A stretch of 38,237 nt of DNA from Gemmatimonadota bacterium (lineage in GTDB: Bacteria; 4572-55; J002): positions 1 through 38,237 of the forward strand of contig RFFQ01000144.1 in the NCBI GenBank assembly GCA_003697105.1, read 5' to 3'. Below, in pieces: positions 18,412 to 28,375 of the stretch. Each line of letters opens with the position of its first letter. Positions within the stretch are counted from its first letter, which is position 1. Both the position numbers and the translations under genes were made by a program. The notes beneath the pieces are model-generated. The model worked only from the letters and a program-made list of their open reading frames with translations. It was not told the origin of the DNA and did not search any database.

Positions 18412-19491
18412 TTATGCCTCCTTCTTGCGGTTAAGAAAATATTGAATGTTCCCGATGAGCACCAAAATCAAGATACAGGCATGAACCAGCGCCAACGAGG
18501 GCATTCCACGAGAGGCACCCCCCACATAGGCGGCAATAACTTCCTTTGGAAAGCCGGCTTGTTCCATCTGTTTTCGGAACAAATCTGCAGATTGGTACTG
18601 GTTATTCACATACGTTTCAATTTCGGTCGCACCTCGATAACCCGGAATCACGCTGATCATCTGTTCCGCCTGCAAAAATTGATATGCTTCGGGGGCGGAA
18701 ATGGCGGTCGTTCCGGCGAAATAGGTAATCTCATCCCGATAATCGGAAGACCAGATGATCCAAGATTGATAACTGCTGGTACCGGTTATATCAGCGCAGA
18801 ACAGCAAATCCCCAAACCCATCAATCGGTTGTAAAATAGGCCAATCGTCTCGCGTCACCGTTTCCAGTTGTTCTTTCAGAAGTTGGTACACGGTTTCACC
18901 CAGTTCTTCTTGATGTTGGTCGAGCAAATGCGCGGCAATGTACCGGTCTTCACCAATCGTGGTGGCAATCGAATTTATCACGGATTCCACAGATGGGTTT
19001 GAGGTCACCAAATCCGTGTATTCTGAAGGGTCTAAATGAACCATATCCCCCACACTGATACTGCCGGTTTGTTGTTTGTAATCCCGGCCCCATCCCAAAA
19101 TAAAGGCATCATAGGGATAGCACAGCCCTAAATTTAGATAATCTTCACCGGGTTTTTTGCCATAGGTTTTACCCAGAGTGGAGATCACCCCTTCGGCAAG
19201 CTGTGCCGGCTCTGGGAAAAACCCGCAGATGATAACATTCACGTCTTTAAGGAAACACAGACGGATGAGCGCAACGGCGATAGGTTCCGTTTCGGCAATC
19301 GAGCTACCGGCATAATTGATGGAGATCATTGCCGTAGAGCCCGGTTCTGCATTTTCAATAAGATGTACCGCATTTTGGACTTCGGGAGAAAGCGGCATCG
19401 TGATTTTGATCGGGAGATAAACCCCTAAAACCACAGAGATTAAGACAACGGTATTGATAATAACCCGGGTCGTAAAAATCTTTTTCCACAT
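18412..19491 (-). CDS. Uncharacterised membrane protein, N- and C-terminal TM around a soluble alpha/beta domain (gene 3 of the cassette)
   Basis: ATG 19491 in a TAATG overlap with the upstream stop (MWKKIF...); YGKKPGEDYLNLG, PGYRGATEIE and LVLIGNIQYF motifs. Confidence 0.85.
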   Translation of the reverse strand: MWKKIFTTRVIINTVVLISVVLGVYLPIKITMPLSPEVQNAVHLIENAEPGSTAMISINYAGSSIAETEPIAVALIRLCFLKDVNVIICGFFPEPAQLAEGVISTLGKTYGKKPGEDYLNLGLCYPYDAFILGWGRDYKQQTGSISVGDMVHLDPSEYTDLVTSNPSVESVINSIATTIGEDRYIAAHLLDQHQEELGETVYQLLKEQLETVTRDDWPILQPIDGFGDLLFCADITGTSSYQSWIIWSSDYRDEITYFAGTTAISAPEAYQFLQAEQMISVIPGYRGATEIETYVNNQYQSADLFRKQMEQAGFPKEVIAAYVGGASRGMPSLALVHACILILVLIGNIQYFLNRKKEA

Positions 19492-20132
19492 TAGGCACCA
19501 CCTCCCATCCACGAGCGTTCAATCCCGAAAATGATACGGATATTTGTGGCTAACATACCCACCGCCACCCCGATCAGGATAGCACGTTTCGCCGCCACAT
19601 TACCCGTCATCAGAAACCACGTACTAAACTCATTCCAATATTGACCGAATGGGATGTAGGTGTGCATCCCCGTGTTCGTGACCATTACTAATACGGCAAA
19701 GACCATCAGTAACGAGGTATGTGCCCGGCTGACGCGGAAGGCACGGTACGCGGCACTGGCAATATAAAAGGTCAACAGAGAGAACATGGTTGAGGTCACC
19801 GGAATTTGAATATTCCGAAACATCCAGTCAAATAAACTGCCTTCGGCGTTACTTTTCAATCCGGAAATCAACATCGTAAAAAAGGCAACATAGGTTACGC
19901 CGGCTAAAATCGCTTTTTGGGTGGTCGGATTTCGATCCCGCTTGGTTAAACGCCGCCCATAAGAGGCTAACGTCACGTACGTTGCCGGAACAATTGCCCA
20001 CATACTCAGCAGCGGCGCCCAACTGCTGGCTAACCGCACCGCACCTTCGGACCAGCTCGTTTCAATAAATGTAAGCAACACGTATATTATTCCGAGTATA
20101 AATACCAGAAATAACGGTATATTTCGTTGCAT
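19491..20132 (-). CDS. Uncharacterised polytopic membrane protein (gene 2 of the cassette)
   Basis: SD GAGGAGG; about 6 TM; STMFSLLTFYIASAAYRAFR and KRAILIGVAVG..IRIIFGIER motifs. Confidence 0.85.
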   Translation of the reverse strand: MQRNIPLFLVFILGIIYVLLTFIETSWSEGAVRLASSWAPLLSMWAIVPATYVTLASYGRRLTKRDRNPTTQKAILAGVTYVAFFTMLISGLKSNAEGSLFDWMFRNIQIPVTSTMFSLLTFYIASAAYRAFRVSRAHTSLLMVFAVLVMVTNTGMHTYIPFGQYWNEFSTWFLMTGNVAAKRAILIGVAVGMLATNIRIIFGIERSWMGGGA

Positions 20133-20150
20133 TCTTCCTCCTAAATCACG

Positions 20151-21005
20151 TTAAAAGAAGCTTTGAATCGTCGTTGCCAGCGCCCCCACAATCAACGCTG
20201 TAAATAACAAAGATTTGATCAAGTCCTGAGCGACCACCGAGTTCACCAGCCGTTTTTCTTCCGAAAGTTGCGCCCCGGCGGCATAGAGTTCTTCCCCTAA
20301 AAGGGCTTTATCCGAAGCGGCAACCGCAAACGGCATCTGCACCACGGAATCCACCCCAGAAAGCACCATTGCTCCGTTCATCGTAGCGGCTTCCAGCATG
20401 ATCAACATTTCCGCCCAGAACATCCCGGCAAAAACGGCAAAGCCATGCCGGTCCCGCTCCAATCGACCGGCGACTAATTGCGCATGGGTAAACTGAACAG
20501 TCGATGCCAAAAAGACATCGGAATGGGTGCTGGGGTAATCCGGTCGTCCTTTGAGCATTGCCCGCTCTTCTAACAACGACTTGGTAATCGGCATCACCAT
20601 ATAATCTCGTTGGGGCGAATCAATGAACACATCCAGATCGATGGCTTCATCAATCGTGACCGAACCTATCGCCAATCCGGCAATCGTCGCCACATCACTG
20701 GGTGAGGAAGTTCCCGGCACAAACATACAGGGACGTCCCATCTCTGCACAGCGACCGATCCCTTCCCGGATGAACTTTCGCGGAATGACTTCCCGAATTT
20801 CACTCGCGTGAGATTTTTGCTCATAGGCATATTTAACGATCACCGAAATCAGCAAAACCAATGCAATAAACGACACGGTTTTGTCAACCGGAAAAAACCC
20901 CAGAAAGAGATCACCAGCATGTTGGTTTGTATAGGGAAAAATGAGAAGAAGGACAATCGGGAGGACAACCACAAGCAGAACATTAATCAGTATAGATCGG
21001 TTCAT
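20151..21005 (-). CDS. DUF6754-like membrane protein (gene 1 of the cassette)
   Basis: Two N-terminal TM; IREGIGRCAEMGRP, GMFWAEMLIMLEA, QMPF, LGEELYAAGAQLS and QDLIK motifs that I associate with DUF6754; C-terminal TM. Confidence 0.75.
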   Translation of the reverse strand: MNRSILINVLLVVVLPIVLLLIFPYTNQHAGDLFLGFFPVDKTVSFIALVLLISVIVKYAYEQKSHASEIREVIPRKFIREGIGRCAEMGRPCMFVPGTSSPSDVATIAGLAIGSVTIDEAIDLDVFIDSPQRDYMVMPITKSLLEERAMLKGRPDYPSTHSDVFLASTVQFTHAQLVAGRLERDRHGFAVFAGMFWAEMLIMLEAATMNGAMVLSGVDSVVQMPFAVAASDKALLGEELYAAGAQLSEEKRLVNSVVAQDLIKSLLFTALIVGALATTIQSFF

Positions 21006-21066
21006 AAAAATCCCTTTCCCGAAAAGTAAGGAGTGAAAAGGTTAAGATCATCAAAGTTGATGCCGA

Positions 21067-21095
21067 ATCCTACCATAAATCTAGGCAGAAATCAA
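21067..21095 (-). promoter_or_regulatory. Putative sigma70 promoter (extended -10) for the membrane cassette
   Basis: Minus strand TTGATT, 17 nt spacer ending TGG, TAGGAT; about 60 nt upstream of ATG 21005. Confidence 0.55.
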
Positions 21096-21116
21096 GTTTT
21101 ATTTCGTAAAAACTCA

Positions 21117-21146
21117 TTGACAACCCTTTACCATTGCATATAAGTT
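21117..21146 (+). promoter_or_regulatory. Putative divergent sigma70 promoter for the helicase
   Basis: TTGACA (21117-21122) with TATAAG at 16 nt or TAAGTT at 18 nt spacing. Confidence 0.5.
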
Positions 21147-21190
21147 GAAACTGGTACGCGATACTGAAAACGGAAGGAGATACTTAAAAC

Positions 21191-23200
21191 GTGAGTAAAA
21201 CATATCAAATCAAGCACGACCAATTATCTTTTTTGCCCTCCAGCAGCCGCATCCCCTATGCACAGGCACTCAACAGCGAACAACTGGACGTCGTGACCTC
21301 GCCTCCGGGACCCAAATTGGTTTTGGCGGGTGCCGGCAGTGGCAAAACCCGCACGTTGACCTATCGTGTCGCTTATCTGGTGGAAAAAGGGATCGATCCC
21401 CGCACCATCTTGTTAATGACCTTCACCAATAAAGCCGCCGCCGAAATGCTGAGCCGGGTGGCGCAACTCTTAGGTGGTTCTCCCAAAGGGATTAAAGGGG
21501 GAACGTTCCATCACGTGGGTAATATGATCTTGCGGAAATACGCCAAGCTCGTCGGCTATACCTCAGAATTCCTAATTTTGGACTCCGAAGATGCGAAAAC
21601 GCTAATGCGTACCGTCGTAGCCGCCTTAGGCATTGATGTGAAAGCTACCCGCTTCCCCAAAGCCGATTTACTGGTTTCCATGCTGAGTTATGCTCGCAAT
21701 GTTCGGGCAAGTGTGGAAGATGTGTTGGTCAAACGCTACCCCCATTATCTCCATCTGCAACCCCAGATTGAACTGGTGTTTCGGAACTACCAAGACCGAA
21801 AGATCGCCCTCGGCGCGATGGATTTTGACGATCTACTGGTCAAATGGTGGGAATTAATGGAACACCATCCCGATGTGCGAGATCGATTGAGCGCACAGTA
21901 CCAACATATTTTGGTCGATGAATATCAGGATACCAATGCCTTACAAGCCGACATTATTGATCATTTGGCACAATCCCACCGGAATGTACTCGCGGTGGGG
22001 GATGATGCCCAGAGTATCTACTCCTTCCGGGGGGCAAATTTTCGCAATATTATGGAGTTCAAAAAACGCTACCCGGAAGCTCAAATTTATTATCTATTAA
22101 CGAATTACCGCAGTACCCCAGAAATTCTCTCCCTAGCGAATGGCTCGATCTGCCACAACCATGAGCAATACAAAAAGGAGTTACGCCCGATCAAAGCCAA
22201 CGGCGAACTGCCGGCATTGATCCCGCTTAACAATGTGGAAGAACAAGCCGAATTTGTGGCACAACGCGTGTTGGAGTTACGCGATGAAGGGGTTGAATTA
22301 GATGAAATGGGAGTACTCTACCGCTCCCACTACCATTCGCTGGAATTGCAGGTGGAATTGACCAAACGCAACATCCCCTACCAGATTCGTTCTGGATTGC
22401 GTTTTTTTGAGCAAGCCCATATTAAAGATGTCATGGCATTTTTGCGGTTGGCATTCAATCCACGTGATGAGCTATCATGGCGACGGGTGTTGCAACTCTA
22501 CCCCGGCGTGGGTAAAGGGACGGTGCAAAAACTCTGGTTAAAAATCAGCTTTTTGGACAATATCTGGGAGACCGTTTTAAGTGATGCGTTTTTGAAAGAG
22601 GTCCCCAAGCGTGCCCAAAATAGTTGGCTCAAATTTACCGGATTGATGAAAGTACTGATTGCGGAAGATATGTTCCACCAGCCCTCCGAACAGATTCAGG
22701 AAGTACTTCACTCCTTTTATGATGCCTATGTGCGCGAAAATTTTGATAATTTTCAAGACCGATTAGCGGATTTGGATCAGTTGGCGTTATTTGCCCTGAA
22801 TTACCCCCATGCTGAAGAATTTCTGAGCGAAATCGCCCTCCAAGAAGGGGTTAAAGGGGAAACCATCATTGATGCCGACCCCGATGACGAAGAACATCTG
22901 GTGCTTTCCACCATTCACCGCGCCAAAGGATTGGAATGGGATGTAGTGTTTGTGCTCCACTGTGCGGAAAACTTCTTCCCCAGTGCCCGCAGTCTGGGGG
23001 ATGAAGGCGATCTGGAAGAAGAACGCCGGTTGTTTTATGTTGCCGCAACCCGTGCCCGCAACGAACTCTATCTCACCTACCCCATCATGGCAAAACGATG
23101 GGATGGAATGGTCATCTGTAAACCCAGCCAGTTTGTACGGGAACTACCCCCCGGCACATACGAAAAATGGGAAATTGAACGTACCTATGAGGAATGGTGA
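21191..23200 (+). CDS. SF1 ATP-dependent DNA helicase, UvrD/PcrA family
   Basis: AGAGSGKT, TFTNKAA, VDEYQD, GDDAQSIYSFRGA, NYRS, STIHRAKGLEW and EEERRLFYVAATRA motifs; GTG start with SD AAGGAG. Confidence 0.93.
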   Translation: MSKTYQIKHDQLSFLPSSSRIPYAQALNSEQLDVVTSPPGPKLVLAGAGSGKTRTLTYRVAYLVEKGIDPRTILLMTFTNKAAAEMLSRVAQLLGGSPKGIKGGTFHHVGNMILRKYAKLVGYTSEFLILDSEDAKTLMRTVVAALGIDVKATRFPKADLLVSMLSYARNVRASVEDVLVKRYPHYLHLQPQIELVFRNYQDRKIALGAMDFDDLLVKWWELMEHHPDVRDRLSAQYQHILVDEYQDTNALQADIIDHLAQSHRNVLAVGDDAQSIYSFRGANFRNIMEFKKRYPEAQIYYLLTNYRSTPEILSLANGSICHNHEQYKKELRPIKANGELPALIPLNNVEEQAEFVAQRVLELRDEGVELDEMGVLYRSHYHSLELQVELTKRNIPYQIRSGLRFFEQAHIKDVMAFLRLAFNPRDELSWRRVLQLYPGVGKGTVQKLWLKISFLDNIWETVLSDAFLKEVPKRAQNSWLKFTGLMKVLIAEDMFHQPSEQIQEVLHSFYDAYVRENFDNFQDRLADLDQLALFALNYPHAEEFLSEIALQEGVKGETIIDADPDDEEHLVLSTIHRAKGLEWDVVFVLHCAENFFPSARSLGDEGDLEEERRLFYVAATRARNELYLTYPIMAKRWDGMVICKPSQFVRELPPGTYEKWEIERTYEEW

Positions 23201-23376
23201 CAACATGTGGAATGCAAGCGACAAGATAAATAAACAATGACCGTTAGTAATTGATAACCGCAACGTTCTTACCACCCAGAAGATATTGATCCAGAACAAA
23301 ACCGGTTTGCAGGAGAAATTCCGCAGATGGGCGTTCGGATTGTTTAACCAAACCACCCCACAAATAAGGATAGTCC

Positions 23377-24852
23377 ATGAGTGACATTCTCGTTGCCCAA
23401 TCCTATTTTCTCAAATTTGATCCTAAAGAATGGAAAACCATGAAGCCCTATCCGCCCCTCGGGGCGATGTACGGGGTCAGTGTACTGCGAGAAGCCGGTT
23501 ATAATGCCCGCTTGTTCGATTGTATGCTTGCCGAAGATGAAACCGAGTTTTTGGCGGCATTGGAACGGGAAAAACCACAATATGTGGTCGTTTATGATGA
23601 CGATTTTAACTACTTAACCAAAATGTGCCTCCTGCGGATGCGGGAAGCCGCCTTCAAATTGGCAAAATACGCGAAAAAACACGGATGCACAACGATCATC
23701 CATAGCTCGGATGCCACCGATCGACTCGAATTATATCTGGATAGCGGCTTTGATTATGTCATCATCGGCGAGGCGGAATTTACTCTGCGCGAATTGATCG
23801 GGGAACTCACCGGGCACGCACCGCACCCCATCCCGGAAATCAACGGTTTGGCATACCGCCGGACAGAAAAAACCGTCCGGAATGCTCCGCGCAAAGTCGC
23901 GGATGATCTGGATGTCTTCCCATTTCCCGCGTGGGATCAGGTCGATATTGAGAAATACCGGCAAAAGTGGTTGGCTCATCACGGCTATTTTTCCCTCAAT
24001 TTAACCACCACCCGAGGTTGCCCCTTCCATTGTAACTGGTGTGCCAAACCGCTGTACGGACAAGTGTACCATAGCCGCAGCCCGCAAAATGTGGTGGACG
24101 AGATTAAAATGTTAAAAGAAAAATATCAACCGGATCATATCTGGTTTGCCGATGATATTTTTGGATTGCGTCCCAACTGGATTCAGGAATACAGTGATTT
24201 GGCAAAAGCGCAAGGGGCAGTGATTCCATTTAAGTGCCTCTCCCGGGCGGACTTACTCCTACGCAAGGATACCATCCCCAAATTAAAACAAGCAGGCTGT
24301 GAAATCGTCTGGATCGGTGCAGAATCCGGTTCCCAAAAAATTCTGGATGCGATGGATAAAGGTACAACGGTTGCACAAATTTACGAAGCCACCCAAAAAA
24401 TTCATGAAACCGGTTTCCGGATCGCGTTTTTTCTCCAATTTGGCTACCCCGGGGAACTGCGCGAAGATATTGACAAAACCATCCGCATGGTGAAGGAATG
24501 CCAGCCGGATGAAATCGGAATCTCCGTCTCGTATCCCTTGCCGGGTACTCCGTTTTATGAAAGCGTTAAAGAACAACTAGGCGATAAACAAAACTGGGAA
24601 GATAGCGAAGATTTAGCCATGCTCTTTCAAGGGGCATATGTCCCGGATTTTTACCGCATCCTGCACAAAGTGGTTCACAAAGAATTGCGCCTTTTGCAAT
24701 GCAAAAATGCATTGACCCATCTCTTCCATGAACTCAACCCCCAAACGGTTAAAAGTGTATTGGGCTACCCGATCCATTTGTTACAACTGTTGCGCTACCG
24801 CCAGCAATTGGCACAACTGGAAAAAGTGCCCACCGCCGTCTATTGGAAATAG
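23377..24852 (+). CDS. Cobalamin-binding radical SAM enzyme
   Basis: N-terminal B12-binding domain (PYPPLG, GEAE); RGCPFHCNWC CxxxCxxC; GAESGSQ; GYPGE; PLPGT. Confidence 0.92.
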   Translation: MSDILVAQSYFLKFDPKEWKTMKPYPPLGAMYGVSVLREAGYNARLFDCMLAEDETEFLAALEREKPQYVVVYDDDFNYLTKMCLLRMREAAFKLAKYAKKHGCTTIIHSSDATDRLELYLDSGFDYVIIGEAEFTLRELIGELTGHAPHPIPEINGLAYRRTEKTVRNAPRKVADDLDVFPFPAWDQVDIEKYRQKWLAHHGYFSLNLTTTRGCPFHCNWCAKPLYGQVYHSRSPQNVVDEIKMLKEKYQPDHIWFADDIFGLRPNWIQEYSDLAKAQGAVIPFKCLSRADLLLRKDTIPKLKQAGCEIVWIGAESGSQKILDAMDKGTTVAQIYEATQKIHETGFRIAFFLQFGYPGELREDIDKTIRMVKECQPDEIGISVSYPLPGTPFYESVKEQLGDKQNWEDSEDLAMLFQGAYVPDFYRILHKVVHKELRLLQCKNALTHLFHELNPQTVKSVLGYPIHLLQLLRYRQQLAQLEKVPTAVYWK

Positions 24853-24905
24853 AGCATCTGTCTCAGCCCCTCACGTATCGGAACCGATATGGTAGGTACT
24901 ATGGA

Positions 24906-26003
24906 ATGAAAATCGCCATCAATGCCACCCCCATTCCGGCGGTAGAGTGCGGCGCCGGCGTGTACATCATTGAGCTGGTGCAGGCACTGGCTAAAGTCGA
25001 TTCCCAAAATGAATATACGATCTTTGCCAAAGCAGAGAATAAACATCATTTTGACCCATTACCACCTAATTTTCAGGTGAAATACTACCGGCTCAAAAAC
25101 CGGTATGAACGCCTGTTGTGGGAACAGTTACATCTCCCCCGCGAATTGGAAAAATACCAACCGGCAGTTTTTCATTCACCCCATTACACCCTGCCGTTTG
25201 TCACCCTAAAATACCGGAAAGTGGTGACCTTCCATGACATGACGTTCTTTATCTTTCCGCAATACCATGAATGGTTGCGACAATGGATTTTTCGGCGAAT
25301 TATGCGGCGCAGTGCCCAATTTGCCGATCACATTATCACGGTGTCAGAAAACACAAAGCGTGACCTCATCCGTTTAATGAACGTCCCCTCAAACCGGGTC
25401 ACCGCAATCAATTCGGGGGTTTCTGCTTTTTTTTATCCGCCGGCGTCTCCGCCCCGGAACATCGCGACCCCCTACATCTTGTTTGTGGGTACATTGGAGC
25501 CGCGCAAAAATCTAATCACCTTGATTCAAGCATTTGATCTACTTTGCCGGGAATGTTCGATTCCGCACATCCTGAAAATCGTTGGACACCGCGGTTGGAA
25601 ATATCAAGAACTGTTTACCGAAGTCCACCGGCGAGGTTTGGAAGCGCGCATTGAATTTACCGGTTATGTCTCCCGCCCGGAACTACGAACGCTTTACCAG
25701 CAGGCAGACCTATTTGTGTACCCTTCCATTTATGAGGGATTCGGTTTTCCGCCACTGGAAGCAATGGCATGTGGGACACCCGCCATCACGACCACCGCTC
25801 CGGCAATGTCCGATCTGTTTGTGGGGGGAGCACAGTTGGTTGAACCCTTTGATGTGAAGGCGCTAAAAACAGCAATGCAACAGGTGCTAACCCAACCCGA
25901 ATGGAGAAAACAATTGGCACAACAGGGTTGGCAATTGGCACAAACCTTTGACTGGCAACACACCGCACGGAAAACCATCGCCGTATATCAGCAATTCGCC
26001 TAA
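24906..26003 (+). CDS. Glycosyltransferase family 4 (GT-B)
   Basis: Likely start MKIAINA at ATG 24906; TFHD, FVGTLEPRKN and YPSIYEGFGFPPLEAMACG motifs. Confidence 0.92.
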   Translation: MKIAINATPIPAVECGAGVYIIELVQALAKVDSQNEYTIFAKAENKHHFDPLPPNFQVKYYRLKNRYERLLWEQLHLPRELEKYQPAVFHSPHYTLPFVTLKYRKVVTFHDMTFFIFPQYHEWLRQWIFRRIMRRSAQFADHIITVSENTKRDLIRLMNVPSNRVTAINSGVSAFFYPPASPPRNIATPYILFVGTLEPRKNLITLIQAFDLLCRECSIPHILKIVGHRGWKYQELFTEVHRRGLEARIEFTGYVSRPELRTLYQQADLFVYPSIYEGFGFPPLEAMACGTPAITTTAPAMSDLFVGGAQLVEPFDVKALKTAMQQVLTQPEWRKQLAQQGWQLAQTFDWQHTARKTIAVYQQFA

Positions 26004-26024
26004 TCTTTTAATGGTGAGGATAAT

Positions 26025-28355
26025 ATGCCCGTCTCTTTTTTTAGCTTCAAAAAAACCGAGCCATCCCCAGAGGCAGAGGAATTACGCCACCAATTGAACA
26101 CCCTCAACGCCCGGTTGCACTGTCTGCGTGAACTTGCGGAGTTGGATGCCACTCAGGGAGGACTCCGCACGTTTTTTGATACCGTTTTTGAGAAGCTCGA
26201 TACGATCTTCAACTATCTGGCGGCGGGCGTCTTGCTGTTTGAATACGGCACCGATAAGCATTTGGAGCATTTTCTGGTAGGAAACAACCGTTTCAATGTG
26301 GAAGATTTGCTCTCGCGTACCTTACCGTTTCGCATGAGCGGTGACCTCAATACCGGACGCCCCGTTTACTTCCCAGACCTCTCCCAACGGATACCCTCTT
26401 TTCCGCTCAACACCTATTCCCGTTCACAGTTGTGCTTGCCCTTGCGTAGCGCCAACAAACTGATGGGCGTGATGTTGATCGAATCCGACCAATTAGATGC
26501 ATTTGATACCAGCCTGCAAGAATTCCTCGCCGTATTTGCCGCCATCGTTGCGGGGTCTATCCAGACCCATCTTCTCCGCTATGAATTAGATGAAAAACAG
26601 ACCTTGCTCCTGAAACGGGGGGAATGGATTGCCGCATTAGTCGATCTCTTCCAACTGGTCGATCAACCGGCGTACAACTTGACCCAGCTCTTTGAGCGCG
26701 CAATTTCCATCATCCAGCGAGGGTTAGAATTTAAGGAAATCGTCCTTGCTTTGCGGAATTTCGAGCAAGATCGATACGAGATTCAATTACATACCCTACC
26801 CAGCCCTACCCAACCCTTACCGGTGGATCGAATCACCCGCCTCATGGAGGAAGGGTTCCGGGTCGGGCGCTTTTCCACATTGGGCTATGCGGAAGGATTG
26901 GCAGACCCCCTTTCACTTGGTAAGGAACAACCGGCTGGGGTCATTTTAACCCCGTTCCGCAATTTTGAAGGGAAAATAACAGGCTTCATCTATGTGTTTG
27001 GTAATTTTGAACGCGGATTGCCCCCGCGCCACAAAATCCAGATGCTGGAAATCTTGGCAAGTTTGCTGGCACGCAGTAGTGAAACCCATCGAATTAATCG
27101 AGAAATTGAAGCGATCCGTTCCGACTATATGCGAATGCAGCAGGAGATCGCCCTCAAACAGGATGAACTCAACCAGATGGAGTCGAACGTCTCCAGCCGG
27201 GAGGTCACCATTGGTGATTTACAACGCGATTTGGACACCCGCGAACAACGAATCAAACGGTTACAAGAAGAACTGGCGGAAAAAGAAGCTCAACTGTACG
27301 CCGCAAAGTCTTTTCAACCCAGCCACTTATCGCTGGAAAACGAGATATTCTCGGAAGATGAGGAATTTGACCTTCTAAACTTGTACAACCTAAGTTTGAT
27401 CCTCAATTCCACCATGAATACGGACGATATCCTGGCAATCATTGCGGAGCACACCATCCAAATTACCCATACACAGGCGTGCAAAATCACCGTGCTAAAA
27501 CCCGAATCCAATGAATATCGAACAACGGTCTCTTTTGGAGTGGCGAGTCAATTTAACACGGCGGATTCGCCGGAAATGACACCGGATGACATCACCCAAT
27601 GGGTCATTGCGCATAAAAAAATGCTGGTTATTCCCGATGTGGCCACGGATGCCACCTTCCGTGAGACGGCATTAGTGCAGAAAAAAGGCGTCGCCGCCGT
27701 GATTGCCATACCCATGCTGATCGGTGACGAAATCATCGGCGTTTTGGAGGCATATGCTTACGAACCCTGCCACTTTTCCGAAAGCAATATCCGGTTGCTC
27801 TCCGTACTAGCAACCCAAACTGCCATTTCTATCAATAATTCCCAGTTGTTACAAGAAAAACAGCGGTTAGCCGTGGTCGATGAACTCACCGGGGTCTATA
27901 ATTATCGCTATTTTCAGGAAGCAATTGGGCGCGAGATCGAATCTCACCAAAATTACCCCTTTTCGCTACTGATGATCGATGTCGATAATCTAAAAATGTT
28001 TAATGATAGCTTTGGACATCTCTATGGTAGTGAGGCTCTTAAATTAGTCGCAAAAACGATTCTGCGGCATGTTTCGCCCCAAGATATTGTTGCCAAGTAT
28101 GGGGGGGATGAGTTTGCCGTCATTTTGATGAAAACCTCTAAACAAGATGCGTTTACCATTGCAGAACGTATCCGGCAGGATGTGGAACATACCGGTTTCT
28201 TGAACGGTGAAAACCGGTATGACGGGCACATTACGTTAAGCATCGGGGTTGCGGAGTGTCCCGGGGACGCGCAGGCGCAAAATCAGTTGTTTAACGCTGC
28301 CGATCAGGCACTTTACCGGGCAAAAAATCAGGGTCGTAACACTTCAGCGTTCTAA
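26025..28355 (+). CDS. Multi-GAF, coiled-coil diguanylate cyclase
   Basis: Three GAF-like segments, central coiled coil, DELTG, DVDNLKMFNDSFGH, YGGDEF and ADQALYRAK motifs. Confidence 0.92.
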   Translation: MPVSFFSFKKTEPSPEAEELRHQLNTLNARLHCLRELAELDATQGGLRTFFDTVFEKLDTIFNYLAAGVLLFEYGTDKHLEHFLVGNNRFNVEDLLSRTLPFRMSGDLNTGRPVYFPDLSQRIPSFPLNTYSRSQLCLPLRSANKLMGVMLIESDQLDAFDTSLQEFLAVFAAIVAGSIQTHLLRYELDEKQTLLLKRGEWIAALVDLFQLVDQPAYNLTQLFERAISIIQRGLEFKEIVLALRNFEQDRYEIQLHTLPSPTQPLPVDRITRLMEEGFRVGRFSTLGYAEGLADPLSLGKEQPAGVILTPFRNFEGKITGFIYVFGNFERGLPPRHKIQMLEILASLLARSSETHRINREIEAIRSDYMRMQQEIALKQDELNQMESNVSSREVTIGDLQRDLDTREQRIKRLQEELAEKEAQLYAAKSFQPSHLSLENEIFSEDEEFDLLNLYNLSLILNSTMNTDDILAIIAEHTIQITHTQACKITVLKPESNEYRTTVSFGVASQFNTADSPEMTPDDITQWVIAHKKMLVIPDVATDATFRETALVQKKGVAAVIAIPMLIGDEIIGVLEAYAYEPCHFSESNIRLLSVLATQTAISINNSQLLQEKQRLAVVDELTGVYNYRYFQEAIGREIESHQNYPFSLLMIDVDNLKMFNDSFGHLYGSEALKLVAKTILRHVSPQDIVAKYGGDEFAVILMKTSKQDAFTIAERIRQDVEHTGFLNGENRYDGHITLSIGVAECPGDAQAQNQLFNAADQALYRAKNQGRNTSAF

Positions 28356-28375
28356 ACACGGACAGGCGCCGCATT

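Noticed and set aside
23205-23384. TGA-readthrough (selenocysteine-like) small ORF between the helicase and radical SAM genes
   Set aside because: The frame stays open after TGA 23238-23240, but there is no redox motif, evident SECIS hairpin or recognisable product.
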